From the human T2T-CHM13v2.0 reference genome, Homo sapiens: DNA of 64,000 bases. The position numbers were made by a program, and so were the translations under genes. The stretch lies in assembly GCF_009914755.1 (NCBI RefSeq), contig NC_060930.1. One strand, written 5' to 3'. Positions 31,152 to 46,239 of the stretch are shown in pieces. How positions within the stretch are numbered: the first letter of the stretch is position 1; each line of letters begins with the position of its first letter. Below the pieces are notes generated by a model, which saw only the letters and a program-made list of their open reading frames with translations, ran no database searches and was not told the origin of the DNA.

Positions 31152-31490
31152 TATAATCATTTAAACACTTGACCACTTTGGTTTTATTAAAGATTCGAGG
31201 AAATTGAGACTACGATGCAAATTATTGGTTGTGCTAACAGTGATAAACTTTTATCTCATTATATGTGTTTACTCCTTGAATTTAAGACGTTCAGCTGTAA
31301 AAAGAAAAAGAACAAGACATTTTGTCAAAAATTATGCCTAAAGGGTCAAGTTGTCATGAGAAGTGCTATAATACGACAAATTTTAGAAAGTCCCCCCCAC
31401 TCCCTTTACAACATAAAAATGTAGTTTTTTATTTTTGTTTTCAGTTCATAAACATTTTGGAAACGCACTGTATCAGAAGGTAATTAGCGG

Positions 31491-32380
31491 CATTGTTTGG
31501 AAAGATGAAAAATTTATTAGAAAAGATCTTTAAATGGCTTTTACTAAAGCGTCATTTAACAATTTTTCATATTATAGAAACAGCTTTTCATGGATGGTGT
31601 GACTGGGTCTGTATCCAAACCCGGTTCGGTTCCTGGAGCCAACGGCGTAGTTAACACTCAGCCTCTTGCAGTTAACACTCAGCCTCTTAACTGGGAGTGG
31701 CCCTGGAGCAAGTCGCTGGAATGTTCAAGCTCCGCGTCACTCATCGGTACCAAGTTGATGATCTCTGCCTAGGGTTCTTCGCCACCCTCAGGCTCAAGTC
31801 CCAGGAGGCCTCCTCCGCTGACTTGGGTGAACAGCTCTGAGTTCCGGAGAGGGTTCGGTCTGCGGAGAAGCGCGCGAGAGACAAGCATCCTCAAGGTTCT
31901 GGTACAAAATTTGGAAAATGACCTGGCGTTGAAATCTTTACTCCTCGTTTAAAAAGACCATCGAAAGGGAAAAAATAAAAGAAATTGCAGTTTATATTTT
32001 TGTTATCCCATGAAAAATTAGCTGCAGTGTTTTCCTCTTCATGCCAAAGAGATTAATATTTACGGTGAAGACTTTTCCAGGAAGTCGTGGTTTTCTGTAA
32101 AAAAAGGTTTTACACATCAGAAATCGGACTTCTGGGGCAATTTCCTGAATTCCTGGAATAAAACAAAACAAAACAAGCCCCCAAACAAAACTCTATCATC
32201 TAAAGCGTTCCCTCCTCACTGTGGTCCTAGTCAATGCGTGGTAGGTAGCGTTTCCAGTGATCAACAAAAGTAAATATTTGACCAGTAAGTCTCCAATCGA
32301 GAGGCCCCTCCATTCCAGCTATTTCCGCCCGGGGACCGAGGAAATCCTCAAAAGCCGGGCCACGCATTCCCAGCCCGAGA
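31491..32380 (-). ncRNA. DSP-AS1: probable divergent antisense lncRNA DSP-AS1 (boundaries approximate)
   Basis: a divergent lncRNA at the DSP promoter is recalled; a minus-strand AATAAA (plus-strand TTTATT 31513-31518) lies ~0.9 kb downstream of the CpG-island edge. Confidence 0.55.
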
Positions 32381-32915
32381 GGCCCCAGCGCAGAGCGCAG
32401 CAGCCCCCGCGAGCGCACGTCCTCCCCGCGGTGGCTTCGCCCAGGGCGCTTGGGTCTCGGGGACCCCGCCCCCGCCCCGCCCGGTGTTACTCAGGCCTCG
32501 GTGGCGCAGGGCGGAGTCGCGGGCGGCGGGCGCAGGTGGGGAGGGGCGGCCGGAGCGCGTCGGTGACACCCGCGGGGGGGCGGGGAAGGCGCGGCGGCCG
32601 CACCCCACCCTGGGAAGAAACCGGCCAGGTGTGGCCTAGGCGCCCAGTGCCAGCGGGGAGGAGACTCGCTCCGCCGCCGACCAACACCAACACCCAGCTC
32701 CGACGCAGCTCCTCTGCGCCCTTGCCGCCCTCCGAGCCACAGCTTTCCTCCCGCTCCTGCCCCCGGCCCGTCGCCGTCTCCGCGCTCGCAGCGGCCTCGG
32801 GAGGGCCCAGGTAGCGAGCAGCGACCTCGCGAGCCTTCCGCACTCCCGCCCGGTTCCCCGGCCGTCCGCCTATCCTTGGCCCCCTCCGCTTTCTCCGCGC
32901 CGGCCCGCCTCGCTT

Positions 32916-32930
32916 ATGCCTCGGCGCTGA
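32916..32930 (+). promoter_or_regulatory. upstream ORF (MPRR*) in the DSP 5' leader
   Basis: ATG CCT CGG CGC TGA, ending 25 nt before the main ATG. Confidence 0.7.
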
Positions 32931-32955
32931 GCCGCTCTCCCGATTGCCCGCCGAC

Positions 32956-33125
32956 ATGAGCTGCAACGGAGGCTCCCACCCGCGGATCAACACTCTGGGC
33001 CGCATGATCCGCGCCGAGTCTGGCCCGGACCTGCGCTACGAGGTGACCAGCGGCGGCGGGGGCACCAGCAGGATGTACTATTCTCGGCGCGGCGTGATCA
33101 CCGACCAGAACTCGGACGGCTACTG
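32956..33125 (+). CDS. DSP: DSP coding exon 1 (c.1-170)
   Basis: gccgacATGa start; MSCNGGSHPR...QNSDGY(C); donor TG|GTGGGT. Confidence 0.98.
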
Positions 33126-36100
33126 GTGGGTACCTGCCCGGAGAGCGCGGGCTGCGGGGCTCGCGGGACAGGGAGGGACCGTCCTCCTCTGGACGACTGG
33201 GAGACTCGGGTCCCGAAGGTGGAAAGGTTTTTTTGCCCCAGGTCCCGAAAGAACTTCCCGGCCGCGCTGGGAGCAGGACCGGGTGTCCTGACGCGTGCGG
33301 GGACAGGTTGGCCCCTGTCCTGCGAACAGGGACTCGGTCGTACCTTTCTCCCCTCCCGCGAGCCCGGGCGGGTGGTCAGAGGGGGCGTCGGGCCCGCGCG
33401 GGGCTGTCCCCTGCCTGCTGGACACGGCTGCAGCCGCCTTTGTCCCAGCCCGCGAATGGGAGGTCAGGCGAGGTGGGGCTGCGACCACAAAACCCAACCT
33501 CTCCAACCGTAATCAAAGTAAAAGAGGAAAGGAGCGGGGCCCCGGTCCTGTCTGGTGGCCGAGTGGTGCTCGGGGCTCCGCAGTCTCTACCGGCTCACCC
33601 CCAATCCCCAGTAACCCCGAGACCACGACTGCAACGACTCCTGGACTCCTCGGCCACCCAAGGACGTTTGTATCAAGGCTGCGCGTCCCGGCGGCGCGGG
33701 GTCCTGTCCCGAGGAGGCGCTTCGGCTTCCCCTGTCCGGGAAACGAAACTTCCCCGCCGGGGCGGCTGCCGGGCCCGGGTCTCGAAGTTCGGCCGGGACG
33801 TGCCTGTTACCTTCGGTCGTCCGCGCCGCAGCCCCCGCGGGCGAGCGCACCTGGGGCCCTGCCTCTGAGCCTTTTGTTTCCTCCTTTTTAAAAACACCGG
33901 ATGAAAGACCCCAGTGTGCCTTGGATCGCAGAGCGCCGGCCGCATGTCTGCTTTGATCCAGAATGTGTGGGCAGGGGAGTGGGGGGGTGGGAGAGGACGA
34001 CGCTGGGGGCCCGCCCTGGCCTAGGCGCCCCGGGAAGACCCCCCGGTGAGAGGGTCAGCTTCTCCGGATCCCAGCGGAAACAGACCGAGGGCGTCATTTG
34101 GGTGGGTGGGGAAGAGATCCTGTCCCTGCTTTGACCGGGTCTCGGGAGCTGGACTCTAGATGCCCACGTGAGCCGTGCGCGTTTTGCAGCCCGCCCCACC
34201 TCCCCGCCCCCTGCTAGTTGTTCCCACGTCGGGCTTTTGGGAAAGAGGCCCTGAGCGCCGGGACGTTATTTACCAGGCGTTGTGGCCCTAGGCCTGGGAG
34301 GAGCAACCTGAATGCGCTCCAGGGAGTTTTGTTTTGCAAGCAGTTTTGAAGGCAGGGACTACTCGAGTTGCAACCTGTTTTCTGCTTAGATTCATTTATT
34401 TATTTATGGGGCATCCTGAAAATCTATTTTCGCTTTTTTTTTTTTTTTTTTTTTGAGTTAGCAAAGAATTGTCTCAATCTTGGAGTTCTTTGTTTCCTGA
34501 ACAAAATGTGTCTGGGGATTTCCAGGGAAAATGTGCCAAGCAATAGAAGGAATGAAAACTTGGGTTTTCATTACATTTGTTTTAAAATTTTGCCAGCCAT
34601 TTAAATCTGAAATTTAAATTTTCTCCCGCAGTCCTCCAGGATTTGAGATGCACATCCTTTAAATGTGTGGGTTACACACAGTTTAAATCCAAGTCAGAAT
34701 AGAATGCGAAGGACTCTTTAGTAGCTCTTTTTGGCGTTTTCATGAACCAAGTATTTATTTTGATTATTATTTATAACTATGCTTTTGCTAGCTTGGATTT
34801 CTTATCTTTTAAATAGACAATAATCAGTACTATTAATCGAATATTTCACTCCCTTGGCTTCTTATACCTTTTGTAGGGGAGTAAAACTTTAATAAATTAA
34901 GTGGTTAATGAACTGCATCAAGGTACATGTTTTATTAGGATTCCCCATTGAAACATTTAATTTTGGGCAGGCTCCATGTTTTTTCCTTGTGTAGTATCAT
35001 CCCGTGCTCTGTTTTTCCAACTTAAAGCCTACTTACAAACTTGTCAAGTCTCACATCTCTCTGGGAAGGGGAAAGAGACCCAAGTGAAAAATTACCTGAC
35101 TTTGAGGAAGGATGTTTTTTCTTCTCATTAATGTTGCTCTGCCCGGCAGCAGGGCGTCAAGCTCAGGGCTTGAGTCGGGAGGCGGTCATTCTTTCCGGGG
35201 ATCCTGGCAATGGAGGTTCCTCTCGAGCCTGACCCAGCCTGCAGTGGTGCTACTGACTACAAAATAGCCCACAAATGCTGACTTCTGCGTTTTCAAATAA
35301 TAGCGACCGCCTGAAGGCAGGGCATGTCGCAGTTTTTCTGGTGGCATTCTGGTTTTGTGTGGAGGGATATGTTTGGCTGTGGCGTGCACTTTGTAGAAGC
35401 AGGGTGCCCTCTGTGCCCAAGGGAGCCACTGCTCTCTGCTAAGTGAATGATGATTAAGAATTTCATAAGTATTTTTCTGACCCGAAGGTTTTCTAAATAA
35501 AGGTTTTTGTGGTTTTCTTTTCTTTCTTTCTTTTTTTTTTTTTTAGCATGAAAACTAGTATAAAAACTATTGGTTGACTTTAAACTCATTTATTTCAAAA
35601 ACTGCTACTTTATGGCTGAATTATTAATAGATTGGTGATTTTTGAGATGAGTGTTTTGTATCTAGCCCTTCCCTGAATAAAGAAATTTGAATGTGTGGAG
35701 GGCCCAACTCTTAGTTTTCCTTTGAAAATGACTTTAAAACATCTCTCTCTCTCTCTGTCCTTTCCACGAACAGCACTTACCCGTTTTTAGGACAGTATTA
35801 GATCTCATTGTATCCTAATTCCCTCTTTTTCCCCCGACCACCTGCCTGTTCTTTGTGTCTTTGTTTTAGATTGAATGGAATCTGCAACTACTTAATTTTG
35901 TTAACATTTGGTAAATGTTACAACCTTGATAATGAAATAATAGACATGTACATGTTTTGAAATGTAAATTTTGGATTCTTCTTGGATAGGACATTATATT
36001 AATACTGTTTTCAATTACAGCAGAATTACTCTAGTCTTATTCCTGTCATTAAAACAAATTATAAATAGTGAAATTTGTTACCAAAGTAACAAAGTCTCAC

Positions 36101-36574
36101 AGTTAGATCTTTCTTTCACCCATCAAAGGGTGAATTTGTGGGAGGATTAAAAGCAGAAAATAGTCATTAAGTTTCAGAAATATGTGGTTATAATATTAAT
36201 GCTTATTTTTCTTCAGATCTCATGATTTCAAAACTGAGATACGTGTGATCATTATTTCATATACATTTTAAAGTTAGTCTTAAATTAGGTTTTAAGAGAA
36301 GCTTATTTCTTACTATGAGACAAACAGGTCAATTTGCCTGAATTTTAGAGCGGGGGGACCCCTAAGGATCACTTAGCCTAGGCAGAAACCCCACACGCAC
36401 ACTTCAGAGACAGGAAGCTGAGGACGTGCCGAAGATCCTAGAATCCACTTAGGGCTGGGTTGGCCTGAGGACCCAAGGATCCTCACCTTGGTTTTCCCTG
36501 TGCCTTCACAGCCTGACTTTTAGAATGGACAGGCCTGTAATTACACCATGCAAGTATCTCAAATTCCATTAATT

Positions 36575-37310
36575 CCTTAATTCAGCAAGTATTTACCGAG
36601 CATTGACTGCATTCTGTGTTAAGTGTCAGGGGAGATCAAGGTGGAAATCTATAGCCTTGAAAGGAGTGTAGGCCCTTCCAAGGAAGATAAGTACACGAAG
36701 ACTAGCACGCAAAAGCGGAATGCACAGTAGGGGTGTACGTGACTTCAGAGACTTCACAAGGAGGTGAGAGAACATCTGTCGTGGGGGCACTGGGAAGACT
36801 TTATAAAGGAAGTGGTGTCGAACTAGACTTTGGAGTATTTCAGCTGTGTCAGGATGGGTGGGCAGAGAGCCTTCCAGAGGGAGAGAAGAGCATGAGAAAA
36901 GTCTGCGAAGCCTGTGGAGTGATCTCCTTTTAGAGCATTCTCTCTGAGCAGGGAGGCAGTAAGATGAAAGGAAGAAGCATCCTTTTTTGACCAAGGCATT
37001 GGAGACCTTGAATGCCCCGGAGAGGGATTTGGATAGGCAGAGGGAAGCTGGTGCAGGTTTTCACTGAAGCCATTGAAAGTCTCCTCCATTGGAGGAGCAG
37101 GGAAGTGAGACGATCATAACTGAGCTTCTGGACTGTTTAGGCGTTGGCTTAAGGAAGCCATTGCACCAGTGAAGGAGGGAGGGAATGAAAGTCTGAACCA
37201 GGGTGAGGGCGGTGGATGGAAAAGTAGGTATTGCCAAGGTGGAGTGACAGCTTCAGCTAAGAATTGGATGCGAGAGACAAGGGAGAGTCTGAGAAAACAG
37301 GCCCAGAGCT
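36575..37310 (-). mobile_element. L2 fragment (intron 1)
   Basis: TTCAGCAAGTATTTACCGAGCA 3'-end motif followed by purine-rich degenerate L2 body. Confidence 0.5.
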
Positions 37311-37469
37311 CGAGTGACTCATAGCGTAGATAGTCTAAACACTTTTCTGGGAAATTATTGCAAAGCAAGATTTAGTTTAGCTTAATATACGGCAGGTAAC
37401 ATTTACATGGTTATTAAATTTAACTTGTATATTTTATAAAAATATCAGGTCTGTGGTTAATAATAGTTA

Positions 37470-37640
37470 CCATTACCCAGCAAATACCTGTGATGTGCCT
37501 TGTATAGGATGTTTGTTATCTCAAGCCTCATAACAAACTTCCCAGTTTACAGATGGGAAGCTGAGGTTAAAATATTTAAATGGCTTGCCTAAGGTCACAC
37601 AGCTAGTTAAGTTGTTAAGCTAGATTTGAATCCAGTATAC
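37470..37640 (-). mobile_element. MIR (intron 1)
   Basis: TTTACAGATGGGAAGCTGAGG...TTGCCTAAGGTCACACAGCTAGT...ATTTGAATCCAG. Confidence 0.7.
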
Positions 37641-38460
37641 CACAATGATGCAAGAGAAGATTAAACCTGCAGTGTGAGAATTCACCTTTTCTACTTGTAA
37701 ACCCTTTTCTATCTGAGTTATTACTTATTTTTAATCTGTTGAATTCCTCAGTCTGCGTTCCTGTGAAATATTTCATAATCATTGTATTCTTTCATTAATA
37801 CTCTTGTAGAGTTTCTATCTGCTTAGGAAAAAAGAAACTCAATTTGATTCTGCATTAAGCCAACTAATTGTTAGTCAGATCTATTTAATGGGACAATACA
37901 GCTTTCAACAGTCATTTTTTTCTCTAAATATGGGCATAATTTCATTGTTCAGGTAATGGAAGTGTCTTGGAAAGGGAAAAACTGCTGATGCCCCTGATGC
38001 CTCAGTGCTGACTTCTTAGGGTGGAGCAAAGGAGGGCTTGGGTGTGAGACTTGGAGAGTGTGTCTTGACTCTCAGCTAACCAGTCTTTCCAGACCAGGAG
38101 GTTCTAGAAGGAGTGGTTTCAGTCTGGAGGCCTTGTTGCTGCAGCTGGGAGCAGTGCCTCACCCCTTGATTTTCTCCATCTCCCTCCCGCTGGGCTGGTC
38201 CCAGTGGCCCTGCCGCTTGAAAACGTTCAGATGTGGTTCTGATTTTGAAGTCACGGCCCCACAGATCCTAAGACTCAGACATGAGCTGCTCATTTGAGGT
38301 GACATCTTGTAAAATACTAGTGCAGTCCAATAATTTATGGCTCACCACCGACACCTTGGGCTGGAAGGGCTCATGAATGTGAAATCTACATTTCATGAAA
38401 ATGAAGACAGTTTAGTGAGAAGCTGCAGCAAACAGATCAAAGGTTCTGCTTGGAATTACA

Positions 38461-38814
<354 letters not shown>

Positions 38815-38845
38815 TAAAGTGTATCACTCTCTGTGAATTGTCTCA

Positions 38846-39367
<522 letters not shown>

Positions 39368-40190
39368 CTATCACTAAGTGAGGTCTCCGCCTCTGCAGTG
39401 CCCCTCTGAGCCTCACCTCAGCCCCAGGAGGGGGGTGTTCTACCTGTCACAGAGGCAGAAGCTCCAGGCACTGCCAGTGGATGTCACTTTAAGTTGCTCA
39501 AGGTCACAGGCTGTATAACTGGAAGTGGCTGAGCTGGGCGTGGACTCCAACTGTGCCCTACTTCAAAGTCCTTCTGAAGTTAATGATATGTGATCAGTTT
39601 TCCACTATCCCACAAACACAATCTGCCAAACACACAGTGTGAAAATCGAGAAAACCGCCTGGAAAAGAAGCAGAACTTTTATTAGAGTACTGTTTCTGTA
39701 GCTCCTGGGCGAAGACAAAATGCAGGATCAAAGGAGGCTGTCTTTCTAAAATCTATAGAGACAAAAAATCCACCATGTTTGCTCACTGCTGGAGTGGGAA
39801 TGGGGAGGGGAGAGCTGTGCTCTCTGGTTGAGCTTTTGAAATCAGGGTAATGAGATGAGCCATAATACCCTCAGATGGGTCTTTTGTTTGCCTTTGTTTT
39901 TCTTCCACTTTACTAAGCCAAACAAACATGCATTAAGTACCTTCTGTGTGCCGAACCTTATTTATGTTGTTAGGTTAAGTGTTTGTAGGAGTCCAAGATG
40001 ACTAAGACATGGGACTTTGCTCTCCAGGAGCAGGTAGCCAGGTGTGTTTAAACTAATGCAAGAGAGGAGAGGATGCAGAGGTGTGATATGGAAAACTCCT
40101 TGCAGAAGGCTGTAACTTTTGAAGTTCTGAACTTTTGAAGGATGGCTAACACAGCATTTCAGCTGATGTATATAGAGAGTGTTTAATGAA

Positions 40191-40484
<294 letters not shown>

Positions 40485-40987
40485 AGTGAATCTTAGAGGT
40501 AAAGTATCATCCTTAAATGAAGTATTAAAAATATATTTTTCTTTTTATGAAAGATCCTTTCAAGAAACTCAAACAAAATAGTATATGTGAAAAATGCTTT
40601 GAAAATTATAAAGAGCTAAGCAAATAGGCCTCACGGTCAATATTAAAGCATTATATAACTATCATAATTCCTAACACACATTTCCTGAGTTTTTCCTAGG
40701 TAATTATTCTGTGAACCTGAAAACAGAGAGACATATGAGTCTTTCTGGCATATGTACAAGAGCCTGTGTTGACTGAATGAACAAAAGAAGAGGAGAGAGA
40801 GGAAGGGAGAGATGGAAAGAGGAAGGAAGGAAAGGAGTCCAGTTAGAGAGAAAATATATAAACAAAAAGAAAGGCAAAGTTAGGGGGCATGGTCCAAGTG
40901 TCTAATGAGCAACATAGTTATTATAAAAGTATTTTTATAAAACAAAGAGAGTAACTCTTCATTTAAAAACTTTGTTTTTGCCTATAA

Positions 40988-41390
<403 letters not shown>

Positions 41391-42310
41391 TTGTCTTGTA
41401 TTTTTAAAAATAATATTTTTGGCAACACATGTAAAGCTAATGCCTTAGGACAGCTAGTTTTGGAGTCCTATTTTTAAAGAAAAATGTTTTTTTAAAGGTA
41501 GTAAAATAAAACCTTGAAATCTTGGTAATATTGTTCACATATTCATGTGGTCCGTCTTTGGATTAGAATCCAGAACTTGTTTTCTTTTTAACCACCGATG
41601 AAGGGCTCTCTATGCAAATATTTGGAATCCTTACTTGTTTAAACAAGTTTTAGGATGAACTTAAAAAAAAAGTATGTGCAGGTAGGTTCTTTGTAATATG
41701 ACTCATTTATCTCTCAGAAGAGTTAAAAACTTTTAAGGATGAGTTATTTTTTTCAAGGGCACCTATTAATTTTGGTTTGGAAGTCAATATTCTTTTGATA
41801 AATTTGACCCAAATGAGTTGTTTTCTTTTTCTTTTTTTTTTTTTAAAAAAGCACATGACATCTGCCATCTTCTGTGCCACTGAAATGGGATTTAAAAATC
41901 GAACTTCATGGCTTGTTAATTTAATTCCTAACATGATTTGAAAATCTTTCAACCCCTAACACCCATATGTAGCAGTATTAAAAATTTCTTTGAGGGTAGG
42001 GATTTAAAAAAATGTGTATACGCTTGTAAGTACATCATTTTAAAATTATTTCTTTATCCATTATAGAATTTTGCATTTTCCCAAACTGCACTATATGAAT
42101 TAAATTTAATTCAATTAGCATGAATAAATTTATTTACCATGAACTTAACATAGACATTTGTATTATTTTCAGTAAGGAAGAATGAGTTTGGTCATTTCCT
42201 AAAATTGAGTTACAGAATGAATGAGGTGAAGAAATCTTACATACCATTTAGCCCAACAGATGGAGATAGAAATTTCTGAGATTAAAAAAAAATCTAAAAT
42301 TGTGTAGTCA

Positions 42311-42760
<450 letters not shown>

Positions 42761-43309
42761 TCAGACTGACCCGATGGGTCGAAATCATTTCCGCTGAACT
42801 TCCTCCCTGATTAAGTACAGCGAGTTCTGTGTGGATTCTTCATTGGGCTAAGACAAGCAAACTGACCTGGCAAGGTGGATTCCCTATACCTTAGTTGGCC
42901 TGAGTCTCCCTCTATCTTGTTTTGATGGACCGAGCCATTCACAAGGTATATACCTAGTTCCTTTTCTCGCCTCGGTCTGTTTCCAAAGGGAATTCTTGGC
43001 CACACCTAAGACTGAAGTTGGATTCTTACAGATGAAAGATAGAAGTAGACCTTGTTTTAAGGATCAGACGCGGTCTTGAAAAGTTGTGTATATGATGAAA
43101 TTTCGTTAATCAGATCACACTTCCCAATAGACAAATAATGATATCAAAGATTCTTTATTTCATTGTTCCAACACTTAAGCTTTTTATTTTTTCAACCCTT
43201 CAAAGGATTAGATTTCTGTGCATTCCCCATTCCTATACAGTTGTTAATTTATTTACTAAGATGCTGTGCAAAACATGTAAGTTTTTTAGTGGATATCAGG
43301 AACATATGA

Positions 43310-43669
<360 letters not shown>

Positions 43670-44174
43670 TTATTAGCAGCATATAAAGTTACCTGTTGTT
43701 TTTTTTTTTTTTTTAAGTTCAAATATGGGTAGGCAAGGGAAGGCAGGCAAGGTGTCTTCTCTTTATAGGATGTCAACTGATCTCTAGAGAAATAGGAATG
43801 TCTTCTAAAACTAGGGGGAGGGAATTAAAAAACAGAGCAAACCCACCAATGTTTTAAGCCAATGTTTGGTTGCCTTACCTCCTTTATCCTGGATGTAATT
43901 CGTTTCTAACTGTGGTATAACTAACCAGTCTAGTTCTTGGGTAAAAAGAAGTTGGCAAGTTTTATATTTTGTGGTCAAATGAATTTGATCTCATAAATTC
44001 ACTTTTAAAAATGTGTATGTACACTTCGGTGCGTTCATTCACAATTGTGTTTGTCCTCCCTGTCTCTGTTTTTTAATACATTTTAATTCTAGAATAGTTT
44101 TAGATTTGCAGAAAAGTTACAAAATAGTACAAAGTTTGTGTATACCCTCACCCAGTTTCCCATGCCTCCATCAT

Positions 44175-44297
44175 TTTATTTTTTTTTAACAGCGGGGTTT
44201 TATGCTGTGTTGCCCAGGCTAGTCTTGAACTCCTGAGCTCAAGCAATCCTTTTGCCTTGGCCTCCCAAAGTGCGGGGATTACAGGCGTGCCCCACCC
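44175..44297 (-). mobile_element. FLAM/Alu monomer, intron 1
   Basis: reverse left arm. Confidence 0.8.
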
Positions 44298-45116
44298 TCA
44301 TCTTATAGCTCAGTTTGTGATTGTTTTTACAGTGGCACACATTATTAAATCATTTAGGAAACTCTGACTTTCCATTGTGCTAAGAGACAACTCTTTCATT
44401 TATCTGCTTGGGACTGGCATTCTTTGTGGGAATCACCTTCGGAGCCAAATTGCTGAACAGAATTTCTTAATGTTTCAGAATAAAGGTATTCCTATGCCCC
44501 TTCAATGAAGAAAATAAAGATAATTACACAGGACCTTCCTAATTTTTTAATTCATCCTAGGGTTCTAAGTGAGGTTGCTGGGCTTCTTAATGTTTTCCTT
44601 TGTCTCTTGAATTTCTTTCCTCTGTTTGATAACAGGTACGTTTTGGAAGGTGTTCTAAGTCAGTTGGAATTCTGCACAAGTTAGGACAACAAATGTGATC
44701 TTGCTTGTATCTCAGCAGTATGAGAAACGGACCTCATTTCCTGTATAATTCGGAGTGGAAGACAGAGACTGGTTGCATTGGTGGTGGGTGGGGGCAGTCT
44801 TGGTTTCGAGAGCTGGATGGCTCTGGCACCACCTCCCCTGGGCCTGCCTGGAGGAGCCTGTGTCTTCTTCTGGGAGTAGTTCCCAGGGAGGTCTGGGCTC
44901 CTCACCCACATTCATCTAGTCCTGGCTTGTTGGGGAGCCTTGCCTGCAGGGAGGAACCCCAAATGGGTGGCCAAAAAAGAAATGCTTTCCCATGGTGAGA
45001 CAGTGCAGCCAGGTGCTTCGGGAGAATTCCCACATTACTGTGATCTTATCCCATCTATGCATAATGCAACCATTGTTTGTCAAACATTTTTTTTTAAACA
45101 GTGAAATTCTTTCTTT

Positions 45117-45120
<4 letters not shown>

Positions 45121-45185
<65 letters not shown>
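45121..45185. repeat. perfect (CA)32 microsatellite in DSP intron 1
   Basis: 65 nt of uninterrupted CA. Confidence 0.98.
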
Positions 45186-45187
<2 letters not shown>

Positions 45188-45714
45188 AGTTGGTTAGACA
45201 GGCATCAGATAAAAGCAGGCTCAGGCTGGCCCTGGCTGAAGGTAGGAAGAGCCAACTTCTTGTAGCACATCCGTGAGGACTTTTCACAGACATTAAATAA
45301 TCACTTGGTCTGCTTTAAATCTCTCTGAAACCAAACTACAGTAGGCTGTGCTGTGGCATAATATATCTTGGTAAATTTAAAAGCCAGACTTTGGTTATAC
45401 CTTGCTTGAAGAGCAAATGAAACTCTGTCATCTCGTTCTTTAAGATACAGACCATCTGCAACATTTTCCGCCAACACCACCGTTGTTTTAAGGTTTCTGT
45501 TAGGTGTCTTCCAGAAAAGTGCCTCATTTGAAATGTACATTGAATGAGCTTCATTGTAGAGAAAAATAGGTATTCTAGGAACATCTTGAAAGGAGAATGG
45601 GTTTGTTTTGCGATAAAGACAATGTATTTAAATTTTCCATCACTTTCTTCACACCATGATTTTTAAAAAAAACATTATTGTCTTTTACAGGAATTACAGA
45701 AAATATATATATAT

Positions 45715-46013
45715 ATTTTTACAGACAGGGTCTCACTCTGTCACCGAGGCAAGAGTGCAGTGCTGTGATCATAGCTCACTGTAGCCTCCAACTCGTGGGC
45801 TCAAGTGATCCTCCCACCTCAGCTGCCTGAGTAGCTAGAGCTACAGGCATGCATCACCATGTTTGGCTAATTTAAAAACAATCTTTTTTTTTTTTGTAAG
45901 ACAGGGTCTTGCTATGTTGCTCAGGCTGGTCTCCAACTCCTAGACTTAATCAGTCTGCCTGCCTTGGCTTCCCAAAGCACTGGGATTACAGGTGTGAACC
46001 ACTGTGTCCGGCC
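45715..46013 (-). mobile_element. Alu (J), intron 1
   Basis: reverse dimer. Confidence 0.92.
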
Positions 46014-46239
46014 AATATTTTTGTAGAGTAAGCTTTTTTCTCCTCTCCTACCTTTCCTTCTGCCCGACTTGCCAGTGAAATCTTCATGCTCTGTGTCTGA
46101 CACCATGAGGTCTTCCTGCAGAGGGACTTGTGGTGTTGGGGACTGTCATTAGGGACCGCTGTGGGATGAAGCAGGAGTGAAGCTGAAATAGCTGTGTGTC
46201 ATTGTCATTGCCAGAAGTGTGTTTTTATAACTCAGAGAG

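Larger units (their letters stand above)
32320..34280. promoter_or_regulatory. CpG island / DSP promoter, 5'UTR and proximal intron 1
   Basis: very high GC and CpG density; multiple GGGCGG (Sp/KLF) boxes at ~32465-32585; no obvious TATA box; spans the DSP start codon. Confidence 0.93.

Noticed and set aside
32944-32955. TTG-initiated 4-aa N-terminal extension of DSP suggested by the ORF track
   Set aside because: Artefact of permitting TTG starts; the ATG at 32956 has good context and matches the known N-terminus.
33126-33135. Alternative donor 4 nt downstream of exon 1 (GTGG|GTACCT)
   Set aside because: Common GTNNGT coincidence, poor U1 match, and would frameshift; no support from sequence alone.
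32227-34199. Many long overlapping ORFs (e.g. 32257..32814, 32487..33005, 33233..33868, 33295..33891)
   Set aside because: Arg/Pro/Gly/Ala-rich, expected from stop-codon scarcity in a CpG island; no recognisable domains. Only 32956-33125 is DSP coding.
44916-45293. ORFs with (CV)n / (TH)n repeats
   Set aside because: Translation of the CA microsatellite.
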